Shown: positions 45,101 to 53,484, numbered from the stretch's first letter. The stretch is 64,000 nt of DNA from an uncultured bacterium (GCA_963718515.1 OY970354.1:302363-366362), one strand, 5' to 3'. Notes: generated by a model from the sequence alone, not told the origin. Program-made: numbers and translations.

Positions 45101-48009
45101 CCACCAATTGTGCCTCAAGCGAAACACAACCGTTTCCCGCGGTCGGTCCCGACGTATCGGGAGGGGCGCATGTGAATGGCCATGCGTATGATATTCCCGC
45201 GGCGATCGCATTCGGGAATCTTCCCATCGATCCCACGTATCAGAATTCATACAACATCACTGGCTCGAGTTGGTCGGGTGGGACGGAGACGCTGACCGTG
45301 AGCGGATTGCCCAGCGGCAGCGTTCACATCATGGGCGGTTTCCAACTCGCCGGAGTGTCCGCATCTTGTCTGCCAGCGAACGGCCTCTCATATACGGGAC
45401 GTCCCGATAATGAAGTATTGATGACGGGCTCTAATGTTGGGGTCGGGACCGTGAGCTACTCCCTTGCCTCGAACCCTGGCTCCTGCAGTGGAGGAACCTT
45501 CAAGTTTCCTGACATCCGCGAGTTCAACGAGGCGGTCTATGAGAATGATCCATCAAGCGGCGGAGGAGGCGACACCACCCCACCCACGATCTCGATATCT
45601 TCTCCTTCTAATGGTGCCACCGTCTCTTCGACCATCACCGTCTCTGGTATTGCGTCAGACAATGTTGCCGTCTCATCCGTATCCCTCTCAATTGACGGAG
45701 GGTCATATCAATCGGTATCCGGCACCACAAACTGGAATTACTCTCTGAATACCGCATCTCTCTCCAATGGCTCCCATACCCTGGTTGCAAAAGCCACCGA
45801 TTCATCAGGCAACACGGGTATCTCAGGAACCGTCACGATCACCGTGAACAACGCCTCCCCCGACGTGACCCCTCCCTCTGTCCCCACCGGCCTTGCCGCA
45901 TCAAACATCACGACCTCCACGATCTCTCTTGCATGGACCCAAAGCACCGATCCCACCGTGAATGGCCAGACGACCTCAGGCCTCGCAGGATACAGGATAT
46001 ATAGAGGGGGCGTGCAGGTGGGGACAAGCACCACAAATTCCTTCACGAACACTGGCCTTACCGCATCTACCACGTATTCCTACACCGTCTCCGCATATGA
46101 CAATGCAGGCAATGTCTCAAGCCAATCATCCGCCCTCCCAGTAAAGACGGGTTCTCCTTCGGATATGACGCCTCCCACGACCTCGATTACCTCTCCTCTC
46201 AACAACGCCACGGTATCAAGCACCATCACCGTTACTGCCTCTGCCTCAGACAACGTAGGCGTGGTCAAAGTTGAGTTCTACGTGGACAATGTTCTTCAAT
46301 CAAACGATACCGTATCTCCCTACACTTTCTCCCTCAATACGAACTCCCTTACGAATGGCACCCATTCCCTCATGACGAAAGCATATGATGCCGCAGGGAA
46401 TATCGGCAGCTCGGGCAATGTATCCGTTACGGTAGCCAACGTTCCCCAGACCCTGACCGCGTCTCTCCTTGCAACGCCTCTTACCGGCACTGCCCCCGTA
46501 ACTGTTTCGCTTACGGCATCAGCACTCGGCACCGCACAAGGTACCATCAATTACATCTTCTATTGCAACCGATCTGACACTGGCACCAATGTCACTTCTC
46601 CCGCAGACCTCACCGTGAATGCCACCAATCAGAATCCGTATGTCGCCACAAACCTGTGCAGTTACCAAACTGCAGGCACTTACACGACCAAGGTGATCGT
46701 CGAGCGGGGGAGTGCCCCGCCTGCAGAGGCGCAACAGGTCATCGTCGTCTCCGCGCCGATCACCTCGACATCGACCCCTCCGCTCATCTCGAGCGTCACC
46801 GTGAGCCAGATCACCGACACATCCGCACAGGTCGTCATTGTAACGACCGGGACATCTTCGCTTCAGCTCAACTACGGAACGAATACGAGTTATGGCATGA
46901 CCACGTCTGCCTCTCCCGAACTCACGACCACCTTCGTGAACCTCACGGGACTTACCCAAAGCACGATATACCACTTTGATGTCGCGGCAACCGTGCTTGG
47001 ATCAAGCACCCCCATCACGTCAGGAGACTTTTCCTTCACGACCCAGGCAACCCAGACGTCGGGCGGGGGAGGGGGTGGCACTTCTGGTGGCGGCGGTTCC
47101 GGCGGAGGTGGATCATCAGGTGGTGGTGGCGGTGGCGGTGGATACACCGCTCCCTTCACGGTCGGCATGGTCATCGTGACTTCCACTCCCACAACGGCAA
47201 AGATCATGGTCACGAACTCTCTCCCTGCCCTCACTCAGGTCTTCTATGGAACCTCTCTCTTCTATGGGTCTTCCACCCAGCAGTCTCCCATCCTTGCAAC
47301 TTCCTACTTCAATCTTGCTGGCCTCACTCCTGGCAAGACCTATGATGTAAAAGCCGTTTCTCTTGGTGCCGGTACCACGATCTCTTCCCCGAACCTCACC
47401 TTCATCCCTGGGGGAACGGTGAGCACCCCTCCCATCACAACGCCTCCTCCATCATCTGGCTCTTCTCTCCCCCTCTTCACAAGAAATCTCACGATCGGCT
47501 CCGTCGGCTCAGATGTAAAAGAATTGCAGATCCTTCTCAATCAGTGGGGATTCACAATCGCAAAGACAGGATCCGGTTCTCCCGGCAATGAATCCACCTA
47601 CTTTGGATCGCTTACCGCAAAAGCAGTCGCAGAGTATCAGGCGGCGAATGGCATCTCTCCCACCTCTGGATTCGTAGGATCCCTTACAAGGGCATCGCTC
47701 AACCAAAAGATCGGAGGGGGGACGACGACCCCTGTCGTGACGACACCATCTCCCACGACCACCAGTGGATCCATCACGACGAACCTCGCTCCCGGTGATG
47801 CAGGACCACAGGTAGACACCCTCCAAAGCATCCTTGTCACGGACGGTTACCTTGCTCCCCAGTATGTCACCGGATACTATGGATCCCTTACCGAGCAAGC
47901 AGTCGAAGCATTCCAGACTAAAGAAGGCATTGTCTCCTATGGGACGCCAAGCACGACTGGCTATGGTGCGGTGGGACCGAAGACGAGAGGGGAGCTCACC
48001 AGTTTATAG
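42154..48009 (+). CDS. giant surface protein (1951 aa), paralog of 7647-13430
   Basis: Continuous 5.9-kb ORF with a signal peptide (LTILVFVLALGIFSLSLPKAYA|A). It has the same domain order as the first giant protein: module, FN3, beta-helix-like core, Ig-like, an extra FN3, PKD-like, poly-Gly, and two PG-binding repeats. It lacks the He_PIG-like segment. Confidence 0.85.
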   Translation: MKKHLTILVFVLALGIFSLSLPKAYAAITLVATTSVQSGTTPAINTNGSSLIVVVTASYSAAATVTDNMGNTWYGLNTYYASDNSRFIKIYYAYTPLTSPTQTFTCGSSNGFDYPACVVSAWSGTATTSAVFDTQNGSSSASNITSLGIGSITPASTNELLIAGFSGSTCFTGTNMSINSGFSIFGTAGGACGSGELAYGADLLDANTSAISPTWSWMTANAGNAATIAAFAPASGGGSSTSTPATSTLTLSNGGNGSVVSSPSGINCGSTCSIVVNNGTQVTLTATPTSGYTTSWSNCGSTTSGNTCTLTINANSTVSVSFTPPDTTPPSVPPNLSANAISSNQINLSWTASTDNVGVTGYKIYRGGTQIGTSATNSYTDSGLSASTLYTYTVSAYDAAGNNSAQSTSASATTEANSGSTPTGSWSNILSPNRAINWSSAGLPATFPDGETTPNPWTPPARTQCTTIAPLGGGQDDAPQIKNAVAGCAAGTYVLLDPGTFTIGSSLYLSPGYTSGHNNVTVRGSGAQGTKLQVGSAGSINIGAASGGGTDTLTSGSNYAQGSTSVIVTGSQPPVNQPAWFSQCDTGYSGSGCATGSAADNGGLWICGTQTICSNQSANGSNHNHQQQIVLIKSVVNNGNGTYAVTFTPGLYMPNWSYAQSPTMSWNDPTYTAIGMGIEDLTVDFTSGSNNYGSFGFNEAYASWVKGVRFIGPSAGSCCQITLANLSKSLFANNYTFDNNPANLSGGGLTIAWGSDSDVLMINNLMQGGGINSIEGTGDDSGNVLAYNYSLDNVTSQVYNGDAEHSASPNFILREGNEFGMSEDDATWGTHDFDTWFRNYYSCDDPPYLGEAAPRGIVIDNYARFENAIGNALGGSNGCTSYQGYGSSPFIFGFGASDPLAQSTAMRWGNCDTVTGSCRFQSSEVPASLSGNAAPFENSVPSVDTLPCSFFLPGYSSPNCTPHPDGGTGLSWWKICTNWTTFPTNCASSETQPFPAVGPDVSGGAHVNGHAYDIPAAIAFGNLPIDPTYQNSYNITGSSWSGGTETLTVSGLPSGSVHIMGGFQLAGVSASCLPANGLSYTGRPDNEVLMTGSNVGVGTVSYSLASNPGSCSGGTFKFPDIREFNEAVYENDPSSGGGGDTTPPTISISSPSNGATVSSTITVSGIASDNVAVSSVSLSIDGGSYQSVSGTTNWNYSLNTASLSNGSHTLVAKATDSSGNTGISGTVTITVNNASPDVTPPSVPTGLAASNITTSTISLAWTQSTDPTVNGQTTSGLAGYRIYRGGVQVGTSTTNSFTNTGLTASTTYSYTVSAYDNAGNVSSQSSALPVKTGSPSDMTPPTTSITSPLNNATVSSTITVTASASDNVGVVKVEFYVDNVLQSNDTVSPYTFSLNTNSLTNGTHSLMTKAYDAAGNIGSSGNVSVTVANVPQTLTASLLATPLTGTAPVTVSLTASALGTAQGTINYIFYCNRSDTGTNVTSPADLTVNATNQNPYVATNLCSYQTAGTYTTKVIVERGSAPPAEAQQVIVVSAPITSTSTPPLISSVTVSQITDTSAQVVIVTTGTSSLQLNYGTNTSYGMTTSASPELTTTFVNLTGLTQSTIYHFDVAATVLGSSTPITSGDFSFTTQATQTSGGGGGGTSGGGGSGGGGSSGGGGGGGGYTAPFTVGMVIVTSTPTTAKIMVTNSLPALTQVFYGTSLFYGSSTQQSPILATSYFNLAGLTPGKTYDVKAVSLGAGTTISSPNLTFIPGGTVSTPPITTPPPSSGSSLPLFTRNLTIGSVGSDVKELQILLNQWGFTIAKTGSGSPGNESTYFGSLTAKAVAEYQAANGISPTSGFVGSLTRASLNQKIGGGTTTPVVTTPSPTTTSGSITTNLAPGDAGPQVDTLQSILVTDGYLAPQYVTGYYGSLTEQAVEAFQTKEGIVSYGTPSTTGYGAVGPKTRGELTSL
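47059..47143 (+). repeat. GGN-rich low-complexity tract encoding SGGGGGTSGGGGSGGGGSSGGGGGGGG
   Basis: Seen directly in the sequence. It is the counterpart of 12501-12585. Confidence 0.9.
47801..47996 (+). repeat. 196-nt tract with 1 mismatch to 13222-13417
   Basis: See 13222-13417. Confidence 0.9.
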
Positions 48010-48250
48010 AGGAAGAGAAAGGGCCGCTATAATAGCGACCCTCCGAATTTCTTAGTTCGTTATATTTCTCGCGAAGTTCCAGATATCGCTTTCGTTCCAA
48101 GAAGAATTGTTTTCCGAGCTCACAGCCGGAATGTTCATCGCGGGCATCATCCTTCATCTTGGTGCTGATGAATCTGATGAGCACCGAATCCTGCCTGCCC
48201 GTCGCCCTCACTTCAATGGTATCTCCGAGGAGCAGGGAACAATTGGCCAA
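47996..48250 (-). CDS. hypothetical small protein (84 aa from a TTG start)
   Basis: ORF with no ATG start. The weak ...LLLGDTIEVRATG...VLIRFI pattern is reminiscent of swapped-hairpin/AbrB- or CsrA-like beta strands. It abuts the left end of the island. Confidence 0.25.
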   Translation of the reverse strand: MANCSLLLGDTIEVRATGRQDSVLIRFISTKMKDDARDEHSGCELGKQFFLERKRYLELREKYNELRNSEGRYYSGPFSSSINW

Positions 48251-48344
48251 TTCAGGATTTTTCAGGCTGGCCGGGCTGACTTCAATCGATTGCTCGGGGA
48301 TCTCCGCTTGATTTAGTACTTGAATTAGCTAGCTTGTCCTCTTT

Positions 48345-48610
48345 TGCTCATCTGGCGGACGTAGCACGAACGTATTTTATGGCAAATTCCTGATCATTTT
48401 ACCCCTTCAAATACCCCTTCAATTGCCCTGAGTCAATTTGAAGGGGTAGCAAGTCCAGATCGGCCTGAAAACACTGGCCTTTCTGACCCTCACCTCCCAA
48501 AATTCAAAGTCCTACTTCACTCCGCTAGACCCCTTCCGAAATGGTGTGCTCAGCCCCTCGGTCTGCTGACCTCGGGGCTTCGCGTATGGCGCGCCCAAAT
48601 TCCTCCCCCA
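48345..48610 (+). repeat. IR1-L: 266-bp inverted repeat, apparently identical to the reverse complement of 51776-52041
   Basis: Compared block by block and no mismatch was seen. The outer end is tgctcatctggcgg and the inner end is ...aattcctccccca. Confidence 0.9.
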
Positions 48611-48824
48611 ACCCCTCCTTTGGGGCGCGCAGAGGTGGTAGTTCCACGTTTCGCGACCCTATTCCTGTCTGGTGGGAAAATCCTACGTCTTGTGTGTCTG
48701 ACCCTCCAGAAAGCGGTTTCTTGCCCTTGCCCCAGCCCTCCCATTGCGCGGGCAAGAGGCGATCTAGCTCCCTCAAAATTCGGTTTACCAAAAGGGTCTT
48801 TTTCTGATAACATAAAAGGTAATC

Positions 48825-50576
48825 ATGGCCATAACTCCATCACGGCAAACCGTCGAACAACTTCTAAATATTGGCAACGCCCGCTTTTTGGTTCCATCCT
48901 ACCAGCGCGGTTTTGATTGGGGTAAAGACGAAGCAGATGACTTATGGAATGACGTTATCTCATCCGATCAGGGAATATACTTAGGCAATATTGTCCTCGA
49001 TGTCGAAAATATGAATCGCGGCGAGATATCTATCGTCGATGGCCAACAGAGGATAACAACTATTTGTTTATTACTTATTGCGTGTCGTGCGAGGGCAATC
49101 GCCATAAAAGAAAACAAGCTCGCTAGTAAGATTACGGAAAAGTTAACTTTTAGCGATTCTACTACTGGTGAAATGACGGGAGCAAGGTTGGGCGCATCAA
49201 TGGCAGTGCGTGATATTTTTGAGTACATCATCAGGGACGATTGGAAAGGAGACTTTCCTACGAAGTTGGGAAAGAAATTCGTTAAGCGGCAGATTAATAA
49301 GATCAAACCCGTATATGAATTATTCCGTGAGCGGGTATCGTCGCTTAAGAAGCTTGAAGATATATCAACTTTGTTGAAAAAGCTTTACGGATCGTTTGTT
49401 ATTAAGATAGATGTCGATGGCGATCTTGATGTATTCGATCTTTTTGAAAGAGCGAATGCGCGTGGCCTGGAACTTAATGCAGCCGATCTTTTAAAGGCAG
49501 ATCTCTTCTCCGCCGAAATTGAGGGTATCGAGGAAACGTGGGATGAAATAGTGGAAAACGCAGATACCACAATGATGAGAATGTTGAAATATTACCTGGT
49601 CGCCAGGAAGGGAGCCGTCCAAAAGAAAGATATTTTCAAAAATCTCCAAAGGCAATCTTCGGAACTCAAGCCAGATGTTTTTGTAAAAGACCTCAGTGAT
49701 TTTTCTGCCTTTTATGCCATCTTGCGGGAGGGACGAGAAGAAGATCTAAGAAGTTATTTCGAAGCGAATGGGTGTTTGGGAATCTCTAGAAATCAACATT
49801 ATTGCCACGATATTTATTCAAGTATCGAAGCCTTAAGGCTTTTCCGTGTTACGCAACCTTACCCGATTATTTATTCGGCCGTAAAAGCATATCAGGAAAA
49901 ATATGGGGATAACGCTGAAATGGCGAAGTTGCTTAGGTCTCTTATAGAAACCTTCGAGAAATACCATTTCGTTAACAATGTCATTTGTGAGCGTGTGGGT
50001 AACGAAATCGAGAAAACATATATGGACTTCGCTCCGAAATTTAACAATGCAAAGGATTTTAAAAAGAATTGCAGCGAACTTATTAAGATCCTTCAAGACA
50101 AGAAGGCTAGTTATGAAGAGTTTGAGCCTAATTTCAAAGAACTTTCATATAGCACCTCTGCCGACCTACCACTTATCAGTTACGTTATTGACCGCATAAA
50201 TAACTTTGATAGAGTAGGTGGACAAAAAACACAGCTATTTTTCTTGGACAGAAAAGGATTTAGGCGAAGTTTTAATGTTGAGCATTTTTATCCAGACTCT
50301 AAACGGGGAGAATTGCCTGATCCTGATATAGCTGATAATATCGGAAACTTGCTAATTATTAGCTTACATACAAACTCGAAGCTGCAAGCTAAAATGCCGC
50401 TTGAAAAAATAGAGATACTAAAGAATAAAGAAAGTTTTGCTAACTTACCGCATGTTAAAACTTTTATCGAGGAATTTGAGAATCACATTAAGACTAAGGG
50501 TTGGGGATCGGACGAGATAGCCATGAGAGCTGTCAAATTAGCTCACGGCGCTTACTACAAAGTTTGGCATTTTTAG
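48825..50576 (+). CDS. DUF262 + DUF1524 (GmrSD-like) nuclease-family protein
   Basis: N-terminus has FLVPSYQRGFDWGKDEADDLWNDV and IVDGQQRITT (DUF262/ParB-like DGQQR motif). C-terminus has FNVEHFYP...IGNLLIISLHTNSKL (His-Me/DUF1524-like). Confidence 0.75.
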   Translation: MAITPSRQTVEQLLNIGNARFLVPSYQRGFDWGKDEADDLWNDVISSDQGIYLGNIVLDVENMNRGEISIVDGQQRITTICLLLIACRARAIAIKENKLASKITEKLTFSDSTTGEMTGARLGASMAVRDIFEYIIRDDWKGDFPTKLGKKFVKRQINKIKPVYELFRERVSSLKKLEDISTLLKKLYGSFVIKIDVDGDLDVFDLFERANARGLELNAADLLKADLFSAEIEGIEETWDEIVENADTTMMRMLKYYLVARKGAVQKKDIFKNLQRQSSELKPDVFVKDLSDFSAFYAILREGREEDLRSYFEANGCLGISRNQHYCHDIYSSIEALRLFRVTQPYPIIYSAVKAYQEKYGDNAEMAKLLRSLIETFEKYHFVNNVICERVGNEIEKTYMDFAPKFNNAKDFKKNCSELIKILQDKKASYEEFEPNFKELSYSTSADLPLISYVIDRINNFDRVGGQKTQLFFLDRKGFRRSFNVEHFYPDSKRGELPDPDIADNIGNLLIISLHTNSKLQAKMPLEKIEILKNKESFANLPHVKTFIEEFENHIKTKGWGSDEIAMRAVKLAHGAYYKVWHF

Positions 50577-50650
50577 ATAATATCCGCAGATGAAGTATTC
50601 CGCTTATGTTAGGAAAGGTCGGAGAATAAAAAATAGTAGCAAATTATATT

Positions 50651-50875
50651 ATGAGTATTGACCCAAGAGAACGCGAACGCTTAATGCGCGATCTCAAAAA
50701 TTTACAAGCAACACGAGACCAATTTGTTCGCTCAAGGGATAGGGAAAGAGACCTAGCAAAACATTATGGTAGCGATCACCCTACGGCAAAGATTGCCGAG
50801 AGGCAGGTGAAGGATTATGAGGAAAAAATCTCAAGGTTGGACAGAGAAATTTCTGCCATCACATCCCGTCTATAA
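50651..50875 (+). CDS. hypothetical 74-aa charged coiled-coil protein
   Basis: R/E/D-rich heptad-like sequence. No known motif. Confidence 0.5.
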   Translation: MSIDPRERERLMRDLKNLQATRDQFVRSRDRERDLAKHYGSDHPTAKIAERQVKDYEEKISRLDREISAITSRL

Positions 50876-50883
50876 TTCTTTTT

Positions 50884-51732
50884 ATGGCCGGATCAAATGA
50901 CAAAAAGAGCAACCTCGGACTATTCGCCGCCGTCTTTGCGGCGATTTTCGGCACAAGTTATGGGATTTTTTCGATTGGTAAGAACTTGAAAAATCGTGGC
51001 GCGGCGATGGAACAAGCCATCGGCGAGGCAGAGAAACTCTTTCAAAAGGGAATGACCGAAGATGAGATATTTAATGCCTTCTGCGCCGATGCCGCGCGGC
51101 AGACTAAGAGAAGCGTGAATGATGGCGAGATAAGAGACAAGGTGAGAAGTGTAGTGTCGGAAGCGAAGAAGCGATTTGAAGCGGGTGGCGCGGTAGTTTC
51201 TATAAGCGGCTCATTATCCTCGCCGAGCGACCTTGACGGCTCTATCAAAACTATAATGCTTGCCCTTCAGAACGCCCTTCAAAAATCGCAACCGACTTTG
51301 AAATTTGATGATCTTTATGCGAAGGCAAAAGAAGCCGAAGCGAAGAACGACATGAGTGATTTTCAGGTATTCATTCAGAATCAGGAATATGATACGACGG
51401 CCGTTTGGAAGATATGGATGGACGTTGAGCAGAAGCTCAATCAGACGACGTATTTTTTCGATAGTTCAGAGCCAGAGAACGTGCGAAGCAAGCGAGAGGA
51501 GATGGCGAAGCTCAACAGCTTGCCGAATACCTTTAAGAATCTCCTTGTAACGCGCGGCCACGTCCTGCGCCATGTACGAACGATGTATAACGGGAAGAAC
51601 AAGCGCGAGGAAACAAAGAAACATGAGGCCGATGAACTCAAGGTGCTTATGAAGCTGTTTCAGAACGACATTGACCGCGTAACGGCGGAGATGGATGTCT
51701 TTAACAAGACGATGGAGAAGCTTCAAACTTAA
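50884..51732 (+). CDS. hypothetical 282-aa protein with an N-terminal TM helix and helical/coiled-coil body
   Basis: LGLFAAVFAAIFGTSYGIFSIG is a TM segment. The remainder is charged and helical. No known motif. Confidence 0.55.
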   Translation: MAGSNDKKSNLGLFAAVFAAIFGTSYGIFSIGKNLKNRGAAMEQAIGEAEKLFQKGMTEDEIFNAFCADAARQTKRSVNDGEIRDKVRSVVSEAKKRFEAGGAVVSISGSLSSPSDLDGSIKTIMLALQNALQKSQPTLKFDDLYAKAKEAEAKNDMSDFQVFIQNQEYDTTAVWKIWMDVEQKLNQTTYFFDSSEPENVRSKREEMAKLNSLPNTFKNLLVTRGHVLRHVRTMYNGKNKREETKKHEADELKVLMKLFQNDIDRVTAEMDVFNKTMEKLQT

Positions 51733-51775
51733 TCAGAGAAAAAATTTCACGGCCATGCGGCCATGAGCTATTTTG

Positions 51776-52041
51776 TGGGGGAGGAATTTGGGCGCGCCAT
51801 ACGCGAAGCCCCGAGGTCAGCAGACCGAGGGGCTGAGCACACCATTTCGGAAGGGGTCTAGCGGAGTGAAGTAGGACTTTGAATTTTGGGAGGTGAGGGT
51901 CAGAAAGGCCAGTGTTTTCAGGCCGATCTGGACTTGCTACCCCTTCAAATTGACTCAGGGCAATTGAAGGGGTATTTGAAGGGGTAAAATGATCAGGAAT
52001 TTGCCATAAAATACGTTCGTGCTACGTCCGCCAGATGAGCA
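51776..52041 (-). repeat. IR1-R: inverted copy of 48345-48610
   Basis: See IR1-L. Confidence 0.9.
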
Positions 52042-52139
52042 GCTATAAAACTTAGGTTGGTTTCAGAAAAATTCACGCGCGCTTCGCGGAGCGAAGCGTA
52101 AGGTGGGGTGGGGGTAAATTCGATACGACGGTTGTTAAG
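52037..52139 (+). repeat. IR2-L: 103-bp inverted copy of the tRNA-Asn 3' end plus downstream flank (54841-54943), 4 mismatches
   Basis: The reverse complement aligns with 54841-54943. Mismatches are at 54846, 54858, 54879 and 54882. It overlaps IR1-R by the 5 nt GAGCA. Confidence 0.85.
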
Positions 52140-52175
52140 AAAGAGATTCGAGCCGAAGATTTTTTGGAGGGAGGT

Positions 52176-52760
52176 CTAACCAACTTGCCTAATCCAATCC
52201 CGAATGTACATGCCGACTCTCTCGATATCCGTTGGAGCAAGTTCGCCGCCGTGCATGATGATGTTGCGCGACTTCTCAAGCGTTGTGATAATTTGTTTAG
52301 CCCACTCAATATTGTCGATGTGTATCTGAAAGAATTTCCAATTTTGCTCACTGCCCATAATTGAGATGAGATCACCAAAATCAGTGTAGTAGATTGGAGA
52401 TGCGCCACGTGGGGTAAGCCATCTGACTCCACTTTCTTCCTTTTTTCTATTTTCTGCCTTTTGTCGGATCTTAGAATTTACAGATTTTGTCCACCAGTCC
52501 GCTTTCTTTTCCTCTAGAAGTTTTTTCTCAATAAATTCCCGCACGGTATTTTCAAACGCACAAATTGCGGTATAGACAACCGCCATTCTGCGTGATTTCG
52601 CTACTAAATCTTCATCTAGCAAAGGGATACCAAGTCGTTTTGCCGCCTCTGCTTCCCACTTTTCGGTAAAGTTTCTCTTGCCGAGATGCCCTGCTTTTTC
52701 TAGGGCAATTTCGGTCAATAAACCACGGAGACCGAACGAATAGAGTAGGTCATCTTTCAT
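52176..52760 (-). CDS. HEPN-domain protein (Swt1-like HEPN, tentative)
   Basis: The C-terminal RNIIMHGG fits the HEPN R-x4-6-H motif. An upstream FENTVREF segment is also present. 194 aa. Confidence 0.6.
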   Translation of the reverse strand: MKDDLLYSFGLRGLLTEIALEKAGHLGKRNFTEKWEAEAAKRLGIPLLDEDLVAKSRRMAVVYTAICAFENTVREFIEKKLLEEKKADWWTKSVNSKIRQKAENRKKEESGVRWLTPRGASPIYYTDFGDLISIMGSEQNWKFFQIHIDNIEWAKQIITTLEKSRNIIMHGGELAPTDIERVGMYIRDWIRQVG

Positions 52761-52763
52761 TGT

Positions 52764-53405
52764 TTACAATAAATGTCGGCGCAAGCTCTTGAAAATAGCG
52801 TCATAAACCGACTCGTCGCGCGACTCAGGAAGGTGGATTTGAATATTGTAATGGAACTGGGCACTCGATGGTTTTTTGGATTCTAATTCCGCCTCTTCCT
52901 CTTTTTCTTTCAATGACTGAGGTGGTTCTGGCTCATTCTTTTTTTGCTCAACTTTTGGTTTCGTTATTGGTGTTTTCTTTGCAGTCCAATCGGCATATTC
53001 AACAAGTGCTTTGAAAGTGCTTGCCATCTTTGTAAGTACTGACTCTGAATACTTACCCTGCGTTAGGACGCGCAATTTATTTTTGACCTCTGTTGCGGAG
53101 AGTTCGTTTGCCTTTGTGTTTACGGAAAATAAATCGCCGTATGCTTCTTCTACTGCTTCGGCAAGGACTTTCTTCGATTCTGACTGATCGAGGAAACGAA
53201 AATACCTCTCTGTGGGAACTGCGTTAGCGTCCAAGAAACCGAGCCCCTTGAGCACTGGAATATACAAACGATCATTTGTACTCTTAAATCCGAGTCCTTC
53301 TATAAACCTTTGAGTAAAGGCGTTGGGGGCTTTTGCGGTAATAAGGCTGTCGAAGAATGATTTTACATTCTTGACGCTCACGAGATATGAAGGGATTAGA
53401 GCCAT
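52764..53405 (-). CDS. partner protein of the HEPN gene (DUF5343-like, tentative)
   Basis: 213 aa, with its stop 3 nt before the HEPN start. N-terminal ...FTQRFIEGLGFKSTNDRLYIPVLKGLGFLD..AVPTERY and C-terminal ...IQIHLPESRDESVYDAIFKSLRRHL resemble DUF5343, recalled from memory. Confidence 0.45.
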   Translation of the reverse strand: MALIPSYLVSVKNVKSFFDSLITAKAPNAFTQRFIEGLGFKSTNDRLYIPVLKGLGFLDANAVPTERYFRFLDQSESKKVLAEAVEEAYGDLFSVNTKANELSATEVKNKLRVLTQGKYSESVLTKMASTFKALVEYADWTAKKTPITKPKVEQKKNEPEPPQSLKEKEEEAELESKKPSSAQFHYNIQIHLPESRDESVYDAIFKSLRRHLL

Positions 53406-53472
53406 GTTAGGTAAAAGCTATCTTTAGTTCCATTATACCCCTAAGGATGCGGCAAAACAAGTCAAACTGCGG

Positions 53473-53478
53473 TAAAAT
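53473..53478 (+). promoter_or_regulatory. -10 box (TAAAAT) 6 nt upstream of the recombinase ATG
   Basis: The sequence is gcggTAAAATacaactATG. Confidence 0.35.
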
Positions 53479-53484
53479 ACAACT

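Noticed and set aside
48251-48344. The small ORF at 47996-48250 as a gene truncated by insertion of the island.
   Set aside because: An in-frame TAG lies between the ORF and the island boundary. No matching N-terminal coding fragment was seen on the other side of the island.
48541-48813. 88-aa and 87-aa ORFs on both strands spanning IR1-L and its inner flank.
   Set aside because: Mirror-image ORFs on both strands with Arg/Pro/Ser/Gly-rich products are typical of GC-rich non-coding DNA. The copy in IR1-R would encode a different C-terminus.
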